64,000 nucleotides of DNA from positions 184,063,574 through 184,127,573 of the forward strand of contig NC_085841.1 of the NCBI RefSeq assembly GCF_035594765.1, given 5' to 3'. The notes beneath the pieces are model-generated. The model ran no database searches. It was not told where the DNA came from and was given only the letters and a program-made list of their open reading frames with translations. Every line of letters begins with the position of its first letter. The first letter of the stretch is position 1. Positions 1 to 12,700 of the stretch are shown one piece after another. Origin of the DNA: Anolis carolinensis. Lineage: Eukaryota. Made by a program: the position numbers and the translations under genes.

Positions 1-1094
1 CTGTCATGTTTTTTATATCTATAATGATAGGTTATCCCTTTTAAATCTTTATAGTATAATACTTTGAAACAGTGGTATGTATTACACATCTTCAGTTCCA
101 CTTCAGGTTTTTATATACCAGAACAGCAATATGGTGAAGGACAAATGCTGACCTTCCACAGCACAAGGCTATGCCTTTCAACTTACAGTATTGGATCTCC
201 AGCAAAACCTCACTTTGAAGAGGACCAAAATATCCCCAGTCAGTGTTTACACTGAACGGAAGGATTAAATAGTTCTAAACTCAAGGTGAAGTAGTAAACA
301 ATTCTAGACTTCAATGGCCTGAGGGTTTATGCCAGACATGGGCAAACTTTTTTTCCTTGGGGCTGCCTTGTGGGACTGACTGAGACGGCTGGTCTGGGAG
401 GGAGAGGGCCTGTGAGAGGGTAGGAGGCAGGAGGGGGCAGAACAGGACCCGGATCATCCTCAGGTTGTCCTCATGGCATAAGGATGGGGCTGTTTGCCCC
501 ATCCTTATGCTGGGAGGAAAACGAGACATTCGGCAACTGCCCCAATCCTCCTCCCCTGATCTAAGAGGACAGGAAAAATGAAGACGCCCTGAGGTAAGCG
601 CCTAGAAATAGATCTAAACCTGGGCCACTCACAGTGGTGGTCCATGGACCAGTGATAGCACATGCGCTATTAGCTTGTGGTCCATAGAGCACCATTTTGC
701 ACCAGTACCTGACACGTTTCTAAAAATATGATTTCCTCCTTAGTTCATATGAGAAATACTGAGCTAAACCACTTGGGAAGTATCTCTGGGTCTTGTTACA
801 CGAAAGAAAAAAGGTGCAGCTACTACAGTCATGTGACTTAAAATATTTCAATTCAGACATGGGAAGAAATGCCCTTTTGTACCACTTTGAATTTGGGCAG
901 CAGAGGGCATGTGTGGCTATCAATACAATTGGGAGTGTGGTTTATTTGGAATAGACATGGCACTAACAGAATTAATTTTGGGAAGAACACTCCAAATTGC
1001 ACTTGAATTATTTTGCTGGCGTGAAGAAGAAGAAACAATTCTTAGGTTTCAAATTACACCATATTTCCAGAAAAAAAGCATGTCTTACTTCTCA

Positions 1095-1193
<99 letters not shown>

Positions 1194-1267
1194 TTATCAA
1201 TCAATAATAGAAAGATTAGCCGTTGACTGGGAACAGGGCAAGTCTACTATAGGAGGCAAGTCTACTA

Positions 1268-1495
<228 letters not shown>

Positions 1496-2449
1496 TCACC
1501 TTTTCAACCACACAAAATAAGTAATGAAACCTGTCTTAGGCATTCCTAATTAACATTACAGTGTTTTGACAAGTAAGTGATCCTGAGCCCTTGTTGTAAA
1601 TACCATAAAGGCATCTCATTTTGGAACTAAGCAGGGTCAGCTCTAGTACTCTAGGAAATAGCAACCTTCCAAGTCTTCACTATTTGTTTGTTAATGTATA
1701 TATTTGCTAACCTGCATTGTATGTGTATGTTGATTTGCCAGTTTTACTGTACCTCTTTGATGTGGAAGGGGCTTAACCTACTGTGCCACTGAGGGCTCCA
1801 ATATAGTTTGTGGCACCCATAAAAATGAAGTTTCTGGCGCATAACAACTACTGTACTTTCAAAGTACGTACCACACAACAGGAAATAACACTTTCAAGCT
1901 AGGAATCCCCCCCCCTCAATTTGTTTCATAGTGTAATAGGGTGTCTTGGAGGTTTTTCGTTCATAGCTTTACCACAAGTCAAACTTGATTTGATAGCAAT
2001 TAACAGTATCAGTGAGAAATAAAGAGCAATAACAAACAGGGCTTTCAAAAGCCTCACGTTGGCTGCATCTTCTCAATAGAAGAAATCATGTTATCAGCAA
2101 AATAAGAACTGCAACTGCCTTTGTAATGATTAAACTTTTGGATAAAGAAAATATAATTATCTGAGGCATAATAATTTCACATTGGTCCTATGTTCCATTA
2201 TTGTCTGCGAGCATAAATATATTTAACAGAGAGCAAATGTCCAGAAAAACAGCTAGACACACCCCAAAGTATTTGAAACACTGTGCATTTGCAATCTCTT
2301 AACCTGCTCTCTTCTCCCAAAAAAGTAAAAGATGCCAGGAGGAACTGCAAAACACAGACACAGCAAGGTAATTGAGAAGAGATGATGGCCTATTATTTGT
2401 GTTCTGGTTAATTGTTACAGTATTCAGGAAGGCTTGTTTTATTGATTAC

Positions 2450-2537
2450 CTTGAAAAGTCCAATAGCCCTGATTCTACATTGCAATGAAGCAGTTTGTGT
2501 CCAAAGTATAATGTAGTGTTGGGATATTTCTCAGCAG
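2450..2537 (-). CDS. KMO: KMO exon 6 (AAEKYPNTTLYFGHKLLHCNVESGLLDFS)
   Basis: AG/GT boundaries, 88 nt, phase-consistent. Confidence 0.93.
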
Positions 2538-3637
2538 CTGTAAAGGGGGAAAGAAAAGAGCGGTACTGAAGAAAAATGATTATGCAAAACCAGGAGATAT
2601 TCCAGCTAATTTTTTCCCCTAGGGATAGGAATTGGAAAAGCTACAGTATGTCTAAAGTAATTATTTTGCAATGCATACATTTCAAAATTACAATACATTC
2701 TGCATGTTTTAGAGGCTTATCACTATCCCATTCCGTTCCCGCAACGTGGGATGGTGGTGATAGGTGGCTCTGCACAGCTGCTGGCATTGATGATCGCTAT
2801 TTCCCCTCCTTTGTTTGCTTATGTTCTTTTAATTTACAGGCACGTTGCAACTGGAAAATGCAGGGTGAACATTTAAAAAATGTATAACAAAGGGAACTTG
2901 ACAGTTGCCATCATAGAGTCACATGAACTCGCCATACAAGGTAAGTCTTAGGATCTAACTCCTTCATGGTGGCAAGATGGCGGGCAGCAATAATATTCTG
3001 CTGCTGTGCCAATCCATCACCTCCATGTGATAAAGTCCTCTATCAACTGGGTAGATTTGTATTTTCTATATCAGCTACTATACCCCCTCCACCCCATTTT
3101 AAATGTAAATAATTCAATCCATTTTGTGTCCCATGAGACTTGCTGGCATATCTATGCCAGCATAAGCTTGTACTGTAGAGTCTGTGGATTAAATACAATT
3201 ACCATATGTTATCATATGTGTATAAATGTGTCATTTCTTCTTTCTCAATAACTTTTCTGTATGTTACACTCAGAATTCAGATTCTAACTTGCACCCCAGT
3301 ATCCCATTTGGTACATTATCTTTAACTTTCCATACCAAATATAGACTCTCCCTTTGGCATTTTATCCCACTAAGGGTGAAGGCACTGTTACTTTATTCAA
3401 ATGCTTCAAGTGCATATGAGCTGTCCTATGGTTTTTGTTTTTAAGACCAGGAATATCAGTTTCAATCACATAACTACAATTAAAATATGGCATTTTCACT
3501 CTTCTAAGTATTAAAAAAGTAAACAAAACGGTTATAAAGGAGTTTTGTTTGATATATCATCTGGTAGTACTGTCACAAACATTCAATTATTTTGGATATA
3601 TGATGGGATTTTGGAAGATTGAAAAGGGTAGACTTAC

Positions 3638-3686
3638 CATTTAGAAGCTCTTTGTTTAAATTTGCTCTATCGACAGAGAGAATATA
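3638..3686 (-). CDS. KMO: KMO exon 5 (YILSVDRANLNKELLN)
   Basis: AG/GT boundaries, 49 nt, phase-consistent. Confidence 0.95.
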
Positions 3687-4875
3687 CTGCATGAAAGAAC
3701 ACAGTGCAAAGAATACTTTGTGTATGTGTTTCACCAAATGTAAATGGTTAAGGTGCTGTTAGCCAACTTCTCCTCTAAACGTTCTAACATTTGAGCGCAG
3801 AGATGTCCCTTTCATAGCTATGAGGTTGAGACTTCCTCACTCAGTTGCTACAGGGCATATTTTATACTCTGTCTTCCTACCACCGAAAGTCAAATCCACA
3901 TCACAACTTAGCCACACAAAAGATAAGAATGAATACATATCAGTGAAAAAGCATCAGTTATTATAGCTATGCCTATAATGGCTGCCAACATAAATCATTC
4001 AAAATAGTAGAGCAAGATGCTCACTGTCTACCATTTTTTCCTATCCTATCTTTCAAATCAGATTTTCATCCAGCAATCAGGGAGCTCCCCGCTCTCTCTC
4101 TCTCATTCCCTTCTGATGTTTCGTTCTACTTTCATTGTCATCTTGACTGCTGCAAGACTAACATCTGCTGCCAGATTGAGATTGATATTTCAAATGTAAC
4201 TTCTGTAGTTTGCTGTATACATTGTAAGTACAAGGAGGGGAGGGTGGGAGTGGGATAAAAAGAGAAAACAATGATAAAAAGTGAACAAAAGGTGTGCTGA
4301 AACCCATTGAACTACTCTCCGTTTTTGTATTACAGGAATCAGTTGCAATTTCTTCCATGCCATTTCTGTCTCTGAATACACAAACTTTGTTAACCAAAAA
4401 TGCCGTATGTTTTCTATAGAATAAAATGTTGCCCTTTAATTATGCCTGGTGCCTGTAGACAGACTTATATGTATTTGGAGAAAAGGAGCAGAAACTCTGC
4501 ATCTTCGGTTTTTGTTTGTTTCGTTTCTTTAAATATACATGAAATGCAGCAGAGACACCATTTAGTTCAAGGAGGCTTACTTCCAGTTACTTTCACTCCA
4601 ACATGTCAGATGATTGTTTGTTCACTAGAGGTACATCTAGATTTTATAATTAATGCAGTGTGAAACCACTTTTGTAGCTACGGAGCCTGGGATTTATAGT
4701 TTTACAAAGTCTTCAGCCTTCTCTGCCAAAAACTATTGATGCCTTACTGAACTACAATTCTCATGATTCCATAGTATTGAGCCATGACCATTAATGTGGT
4801 GTTGAACTGCAGGAATTCTACAGTGTAGAAGCACCCTAAGATATCACTTCCTTTGCAAAATTCAGCCCACTTTTT

Positions 4876-5127
4876 GGAGCCCCTGGTAGCGCAGTGGATT
4901 AAACCCTTGTGTCAGCAAGACTGCTGACTTGAAGGTTGGGTTACTGACTTGACAGTTGCCAGTTTGAATCCAACCCAGGGAGAGCACAGGTGAGCTCCCT
5001 CTATTAGCTCCAGCTCCATGGAGGACATAAGGAAAGCCTCATCTCCTGGGCAACATCCTTGCAGACAGCCAATTCTCTCATACCAAAAGCGACTTGCAGT
5101 TTCTCAGGTCATTCCTGACATGAAAAA
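4876..5127 (+). mobile_element. Sauria SINE
   Basis: tRNA-like head GGAGCCCCTGGTAGCGCAGTGG; TSD AGCCCACTTTT. Confidence 0.8.
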
Positions 5128-6665
5128 GCCCACTTTTTAAAATTAGGAAAATTAAGGACTTCTAGGACCATTAACATAATGTCTACATTGTGCTTTGATT
5201 GTGCTTTTCCTGCATGGCAGGGAGTTGGACTAGATGGCCCATGTGGTCTCTTCCAACTCTATGATTCTAAATCAATAAATTAAAACTTCATTACTAGTAT
5301 TAACAAAATGAATTAATTAGCCTCATTACAATTAATTTAAAGCTCATTAGCAATTCGTGTAATGAGTCCAACACATGGTTTAAATATTCTAAGCTCCATG
5401 GGAGGGAACATTTTGCCAGAATTATGCAGACATCTTTAGTTCATACACTGAAAGCTGCTTCCCAGAATTACATCTCTATTTCCTAAAATCCTATCACATT
5501 TAGGTTTCACCAAGAAACACACGTCCACATGGGTCCAAAGCAGGTTTGATTCCTGCTCTCTTTCAGCCCCAGTGGGAAAGAGGGTTGACTCTGTCCCTAC
5601 AGAGTTCCTTTGCATTCTTTTACTCTCTACCATACAAAAGAGGTTTTTAAACCCCTTCTTTGGGGAAAATTAAAGTGGTGTCTTTGGGGGACATTTGCGC
5701 AAAATTTGCTGTCCATTTCAGACTTTGGGGCGGGGGGGTTGAAAGGGGGTTGTGTCAGAAGTGACTTGAGAAACTACAAGTCGCTTCTGGTGTGAGAGAA
5801 CTGGCAGTCTGCAAGGATGTTGCCCAGGGGACACCTGATGTTTTTTTTAAAAAGAATATATGTTGACTGTGATGTTTGTGATTAACCACACGGAGTGGCT
5901 ACACAAGAATCAACTGCAGTAAAGGAAGTATAAAGGAAAATTTCTAAACCTCGTTTGTACAGAAAAGATTATTTGAAACTATATATATTATTGTCATGCC
6001 ACAAGGAGGCAAAACACTACCTGCTGCCCTGTCTCTTTAAGATTCTAAAGGGGCGGAGCTTAGCCTTGGCTCCTGCCAGCCTGAAATGGCAGTTATTTTT
6101 TGTCAGTTAGAATTTGTCAGTTGGTGAGGCACTGGAAGGAAGTGTAGGGAGTAAAAGGATCACAGAAATTCACGTCACGTCGGAGCTGTACCCAAATTAG
6201 ATATAAAGCCATACACTACAGCAATAGAGAAAGTTATAACAACATTGTATTAATCACATCAAAGCTACAAAGAATCCAGTCATGACAAGACTTCATACTG
6301 TGTGGCAATATATATCCAGAACTGCATAGACTTAAAGATTTCTTTCCTCACAAGAGACTTCATAGTGGCAATAAGAGGAAAAGAGATCCATTTTGTCTAC
6401 CAATAAAATATTTTGTTTTACATAACACAGTGTCCAATCTGTCCTTCGTGCTATGGTAACTCTTGGAAGGGCTTGGTTATACCTCTGGCTTCCTGGTAAA
6501 ACTGAATTACTATGTCACAATAGGATGCATGTCTAAAAGGTGTGTCATCAACATGAAAAGTTTGGAAAGCTTTGCTTTAAAGTATGAGCTAAATTCCAGA
6601 GTAGATTCACAGTTCCATTGAAAAAGAAGCCACTTGATGCCCTTGCTCCTTATGACTCTAAGCAA

Positions 6666-6840
6666 TCATAGAATCGTAGAATCCTAGAGTTGGAAGAGAC
6701 CTCATGGGCCATCCAGTCCAACCCCATTCTGACAAGAAGCAGGAAAATGACATTCAAAGCACCCCCGACAGATGGCCATCCAGCCTCTGCTTAAAAGCCT
6801 CCAAGGAAGGAGCCTCAACCACACTCCGGGGCAGAGAGTA
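6666..6840 (-). mobile_element. CR1 3' end fragment
   Basis: CR1 3' UTR and tail. Confidence 0.8.
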
Positions 6841-6987
6841 CAATGCTGTACAAATTATGTTCACTGAATTGAACATTATGAGTGCTGATTTAGAATAATA
6901 ATAAATCATAAGAATTTGATACTATTTATAAAACTTAGCTCAAAAATAAATTGTAAAAAGCATACTAGGGAATGCTTAAGGTGATGG

Positions 6988-7379
<392 letters not shown>

Positions 7380-8255
7380 CTAAAGGATAGGACTTCTTTA
7401 AGAAAAGCAAGCAAGAAGGTAGAGTTGTAAAAACATCTAAAGCAGAGATGAGGAAAGTGTGGCCCCAGATAGTCCCAAAGTCTCCTAAGGATTTCCTCAG
7501 AATGCCCCCAACTTCCTCCTGTACAATGTAGGAGATAAGTTTAATCATCTGAACATAACAGAAGTATATTTCTGGGTCAATTTCTATTGAAACAAAGGCC
7601 ATTCCTAAATCTCAGATAGCTGAAATATGGTCAAAAATGTGATGAAATTGTCCCTAACAAGGGTCACTTGGGTGTGATGGTATACGTGTGAGCCTCAAAA
7701 TCTATTTCCATGCATTACCCTGAGTGGCGCAAAAAACTATGGTTTTGAAATGTGATGAATAAATACCATCCTAAATGCCCTTGCTTATATTAACGCTTTC
7801 TATATGGTTATGGAGAAAGGAGAACATGTTTGTGGTTGATGCCATATATTTCTATTCTGGTCTAAAGTTGTGAACCAGGCAGCCCATGGGCCTATTTAGT
7901 CCTGTATTTGTAACAATGGCCCAAGAGATAATTGCATCAGGAGTTCATCATGCAAGGTAGCCAAATCGTAATAACAGCAGGACAACAATTTCTTTGCATT
8001 GGATTTATTATGAGGTTGTTCCTTACCTGCCACTCTCCTGGTGGGAACCATTGGAAGGCGTTTCTTCTACAAAATAAGGTCATTAATGGATTGTTTATGT
8101 TTGTAACACAAGTACTTTCCAGGCTGTTTCCTACCAGGAGAGCATATGAGAAGTCCAGGGCAGACACAGTTGTCCTGATTATGGTAACTTGCCTGCCTTT
8201 TGTGATAAACTCCATGGAACATTTGGTGTCTTATAGCTATTGAGCAATCCAATTA

Positions 8256-8438
<183 letters not shown>

Positions 8439-9272
8439 TTAATATCAATAATAAAAAACTTTATTTATACCCTGCTCCATCTCCCGAAGGACTCAGGGCG
8501 GCTTACACTGGGACAAGCCCAGAACAGTATTACATCAATAAAAACAGTAACACAATAAAAATTACAGTATACTAACACATCTCATAAAATTAAGATAACT
8601 TAAAACATAGACAGTAATCCAAATCAGTAGTCAAGCACCGATGGACATGGGCCATTTTAAGGGGAAAAGGAAACCTGAAAGTGCATATTCTTCGGTGACT
8701 AGGAATGGGAGTGACTAAAGTTAATAAAGTGCATGGAATGGCCAAGGTAAAGCCCATGGACAATTACTTATCAGTTAAGTAATTGACAAAAAATTGGAAA
8801 ACAGCTGGGAGCAGGTCTGTTAAGTAAGCCCACCCTCTTACCTCTTTAAATCTTCCTTAAAAATCCCTGAAAGTCAGAACACAGCAAGTGTTTCCTTATT
8901 AAACAGCTGAGCAGCAAGGGGCATGGTCCTGGTTGGGAGGGAATTTAAATTTGGACACAGCATGAAGAGCTGTTTCAATGCCACAGTATAACTCCTAATT
9001 CCCTGACTGTCCACATTGTGTGTTTAGGGTGGGATTGCTACCTTTGTTTATAGGACATCTATGCAAAGTTATTGCATAAGTTATTGTATAATAAGGTGCC
9101 TTGACGAAAGGCACCTTATCAGTTACGAGAAGGCAATAAGCTGTTGTAATTGATTGCTACATTCCTTTGGTTTCAAGAGTCCCTAGTGTTCTCGGATCAC
9201 AATATTGTTTTGAGTGGTGGTAGTATGACAGTGGCACAGTGAATGTCTATTACATCATGTACCTTTCATATA

Positions 9273-9766
9273 ATCATAAAATCATAGAGTTGGAAGATAC
9301 CTCATGGGCCATCCAATCCAACCCCTGCCAAGAAGCAGGAAAATTACATTTGAAGCACCCCCAACAAATGGCCACCCAGCCTCTGTTTAAAAGCCTCCAA
9401 AGAAGTAGCCTCCACCACACTCTGAGGCAGAGAGTTCCACTGCTGAACAGCTCTCACAGTGAGAAAGTTCTTCCTAATGTTCAGGTGGGATCTCCTTTCC
9501 TGTAGTTCCGTCCTAGTCTCCAGGGCAGCAGAAAACAAGCTTGCTCCCTCCTCCCTATGACTTCCCCTCACATGGCCCTCAACATGTCTCCTCTCAGCCT
9601 TCTCTTCTGCAGGCTAAACATGCCTAGCTCTTTATGCCGCTCCTCATAGAGCTTGTTCTCCAGACCCTTGATTATTTTAGTCATCCTCCTCTGGACACAT
9701 TCCGGCTTGTCAACATCTCCCTTCAATTGCGGTGCCCAGAATTGGACACAGTGTGATTCCAGGTGT
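9273..9766 (-). mobile_element. CR1 LINE 3' fragment
   Basis: [20 protein letters not shown] peptide; CR1 3' tail. Confidence 0.9.
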
Positions 9767-9868
9767 CAAAACAGACTGTATATAAAAACAAAACAGTGGT
9801 AATAAATGAAAGCCTAATATATGATAGGAGAGCGTATTGGGTTCTCCGAGGGAAGAACTGGCCTCCAA

Positions 9869-10040
9869 CTGACAAAGAGTTCTTCTCTCACCCTGGACTT
9901 TCCACAGATAGATATTAACCTTCCTTGCTTAGTTCCCCGACAGACCTCACAACCTCTGAGGATGCCTGCCGTAGATGCGGGCGAAACGTCAGGAGAGAAT
10001 ACTTTTGGAACATGGCCAAAAGATAATACTTTTGGAACAT
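9869..10040 (+). mobile_element. Penelope-like element 3'/pLTR fragment
   Basis: Homologous to the GIY-YIG-bearing copy at 57704-58262; carries the hammerhead motif. Confidence 0.8.
9953..9993 (+). ncRNA. Minimal type I hammerhead ribozyme motif (Penelope pLTR)
   Basis: CCT-CTGAGGA-t-GCCTGC/GCGGGC stem II-GAAAC-GTC-AGG; complete core. Confidence 0.75.
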
Positions 10041-10361
10041 GTGGGGAATCTCCACAGAGAGGAGGAAGCCAGGAAAAGGAGCCCAGGGCTGGCCCTAGGA
10101 AATTTTCACGTGTAAGCAAGTAGTATTTTTGGCGCCCCCCCCCCCCCCCCGACAAACCAATCACTGAAAAATAAAAGGTAGAAGGTAGAGGTGAATAGAA
10201 CACACACACAGCACATATGGTCCCTGCATATGTGTTTGTATGTGTGTGTGTGTGCATCTTATATATACATACACATACACACAATGTGGAAAATATGTGG
10301 AAAGGTAAATAGATAGGTAGGTAGGGAGCCACGGCAGAAGAACCTTCCCTGGAGCAAGATC

Positions 10362-10415
<54 letters not shown>
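10362..10415. repeat. (TAA)n microsatellite
   Basis: Direct. Confidence 0.95.
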
Positions 10416-10417
<2 letters not shown>

Positions 10418-10419
10418 CA

Positions 10420-12075
10420 TCCCAACAAAGGATTCCCCCAGGCAGGGAGCAGCCAAGCAATTGAAACATTTATACCTGCCTCCAACAGACAAGAGTTCTT
10501 TCTTTCTCCCACCCTGGACTTTCCGCAGATATATAAACCCCACTTGATTAGTTTCCAACCTCTAAGGATGCCTGCCATAGATGCAGGCAAAATGTCAGGA
10601 GAGAATGCTTCTGGAACATGGCCATACAGCCCAGAAAGCTCACAGCAACCCACTTGTCTTTACTGTATTACACAAATGTAATGTGCACCTCAATTTTGGA
10701 ATAGTCATTTAGGCAAAAAAGGTGTGGCTGAGATTGATGTAAATATGGTAATTTTAGCCTTCTTACTCAGATAGAAGCTTCAATAGGGCTACAGTAACTA
10801 GGGTTTGGTATTTTAGATAATATACTCAGCATGATAACTATGGTACTTGTCCTCTGCTGAGCATGAGAATGATGAGCAGACCTTCTTTTCAATCTCTGAC
10901 AACTCTGATGGCAAAGCTGGGGTGATTTACTTGAAGTGTGGGCGAAACGTCAGTATTTTAAAAACTCTAAAATCAGGACAGTAAATAAAGAACACCACTC
11001 AGAAAACAAAGGAATTCCAGACAGGAAACAATCAGGGCCAGCTAACACCTCCCAACAAAAGATTACTCCAGGCAGAAAGCAGCCAGGCTTTGAAGCTGCA
11101 AGACTATTTAATGCTAATCAAGGTACCTCAGACAAGAGTTCTTTTTCCAACCCTGAACATTCCACAGATATATAAACCCCATTTGCCTAGTTTCCAAGAG
11201 ACCTCACAACAACTGAGAGAAAAAGGAGGGAGGGAGGGAGGGAGGGAGGGAGGGAGGGAGAAGAGGGGGATCCTCAATCAGGGCAAGCTAACACCTCCCA
11301 ACAAAGGATTACCCCAGGCAAAAAGCAGCCAGGCTTTGAAGCTGCAAGGATATTTAATGCTAATAACGGTGGCCATTTGCAACATTCACACGTGCCTCAG
11401 ACAAGAGTTCTTTTCCCCACCCTGAACATTCCACACATATATAAACCCCACTTGCTTTGTTTCCAACAGACCTCGCAACTACTGAGGGTGCCTGCCATAG
11501 ATGCAGGCGAAACGTCAGAAGAGAATGCTTCTGGAATATAGCTATAAACTCAGCAGAGAGACTGGGAAAACATAGANNNNNNNNNNNNNNNNNNNNNNNN
11601 NNNNNNNNNNNNNNNNNNNNNNNNNNNNNNNNNNNNNNNNNNNNNNNNNNNNNNNNNNNNNNNNNNNNNNNNNNNNNNNNNNNNNNNNNNNNNNNNNNNN
11701 NNNNNNNNNNNNNNNNNNNNNNNNCAGAAAGGCAGAGGAGGGAGAAGAAGGAGAGAGAGAGGGAGGGAAGAAGAGGGAGGGCGCCAGGGGATCCTCAATC
11801 AGGGCAAGCTAACACCTACCAACAAAGGATTACCCCAGGCAAAAAGCAGCCAGGCTTTGAAGCTGCAAGGATATTTAATGCTAATAACGGTGGCCATTTG
11901 CAACATTCACACGTGCCTCAGACAAGAGTTCTTTTCCCCACCCTGAACATTCCACGATATATAAACCCCACTTGCTTTGTTTCCAACAGACCTTGCAACC
12001 ACTGAGAGTGCCTGCCATAAATGCAGGCAAAACTTCAGGAGAGAATGCTTTTGGAACATGGCCAGACAGCCCATG
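10420..12075 (+). mobile_element. Cluster of tandem Penelope 3'/pLTR fragments (about 10420-10652, 10936-11215, 11270-11560, 11790-12075)
   Basis: Repeated ccaacaaaggatt...gacaagagttct...gcctgccatagatgcaggc block with degenerate hammerhead cores. Confidence 0.8.
11577..11724. other. Assembly gap (148 N)
   Basis: Run of N. Confidence 1.
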
Positions 12076-12700
12076 GGAACCGCCATCTTGATCAGGCCAC
12101 TCGCGGGCTGCGGAGGGGGCAGGGCCGAAGGGCACTTCCAAGGCACTCCTTCGGAAGCAGGGGGCGTGGTCTCCTGGGAGGTGCGTGCCCTCCGTGCCCT
12201 TAGGCCCCGGCCCCGCCCCCTCCGCAGCCTCAAAGCCTGGCTTCAAGGCAGAAAGGGAGACCAGGTAAAAGAGGAAGGAGGGAGGGAGAAGAGGGAGGGC
12301 GCTTTTGGGCGATGGTGCTGTGCGTGAATGTTGGTGTGGGGTTTCTGATTGAAACCCTGGCTGGAAGGAGGAGGCAGGGGTGCACGCGTGCGCATGCACA
12401 CGCACAGGCGCCTCTGGCGCCCCTGGGACAACAGCGCCACCAGCGGCCGCGTAGTTGCATATAGCCTTGAACCGGCCCTGAAGGAGCCCCATCTGGCCAG
12501 CAGTAAGGGGAAAAAAAACCTCTAAAACCAGGAGATTGAATGGAGAGCAATACCCTGAAGAGAGAGAGGGAGGGAGGGAGGGAGGGAGGGGGGGAGCCGT
12601 GCAGGCACACTTACTCTTGGTCCGCCCCGGTGGGCGTGTTCCGCGGGGTGAGGGCCGGGCTGGGCACTCGTGAGGGCAGCGGCGGGAAGTAAAGATGGTC
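12076..12700. promoter_or_regulatory. CpG-island promoter-like fragment within KMO intron 2
   Basis: High GC and CpG; YY1-type CCGCCATCTTG (~12081), ETS CGGAAG, NRF1-like TGCGCATGCA (~12390), GGCGGGAAG. Confidence 0.5.

Noticed and set aside
5992-6519. Solo LTR (TG...CA, AATAAA)
   Set aside because: Plausible, but no matching TSD and no second copy to support it
10161-10558. Poly-Leu and poly-Tyr ORFs
   Set aside because: Translations of a (TAA)n microsatellite
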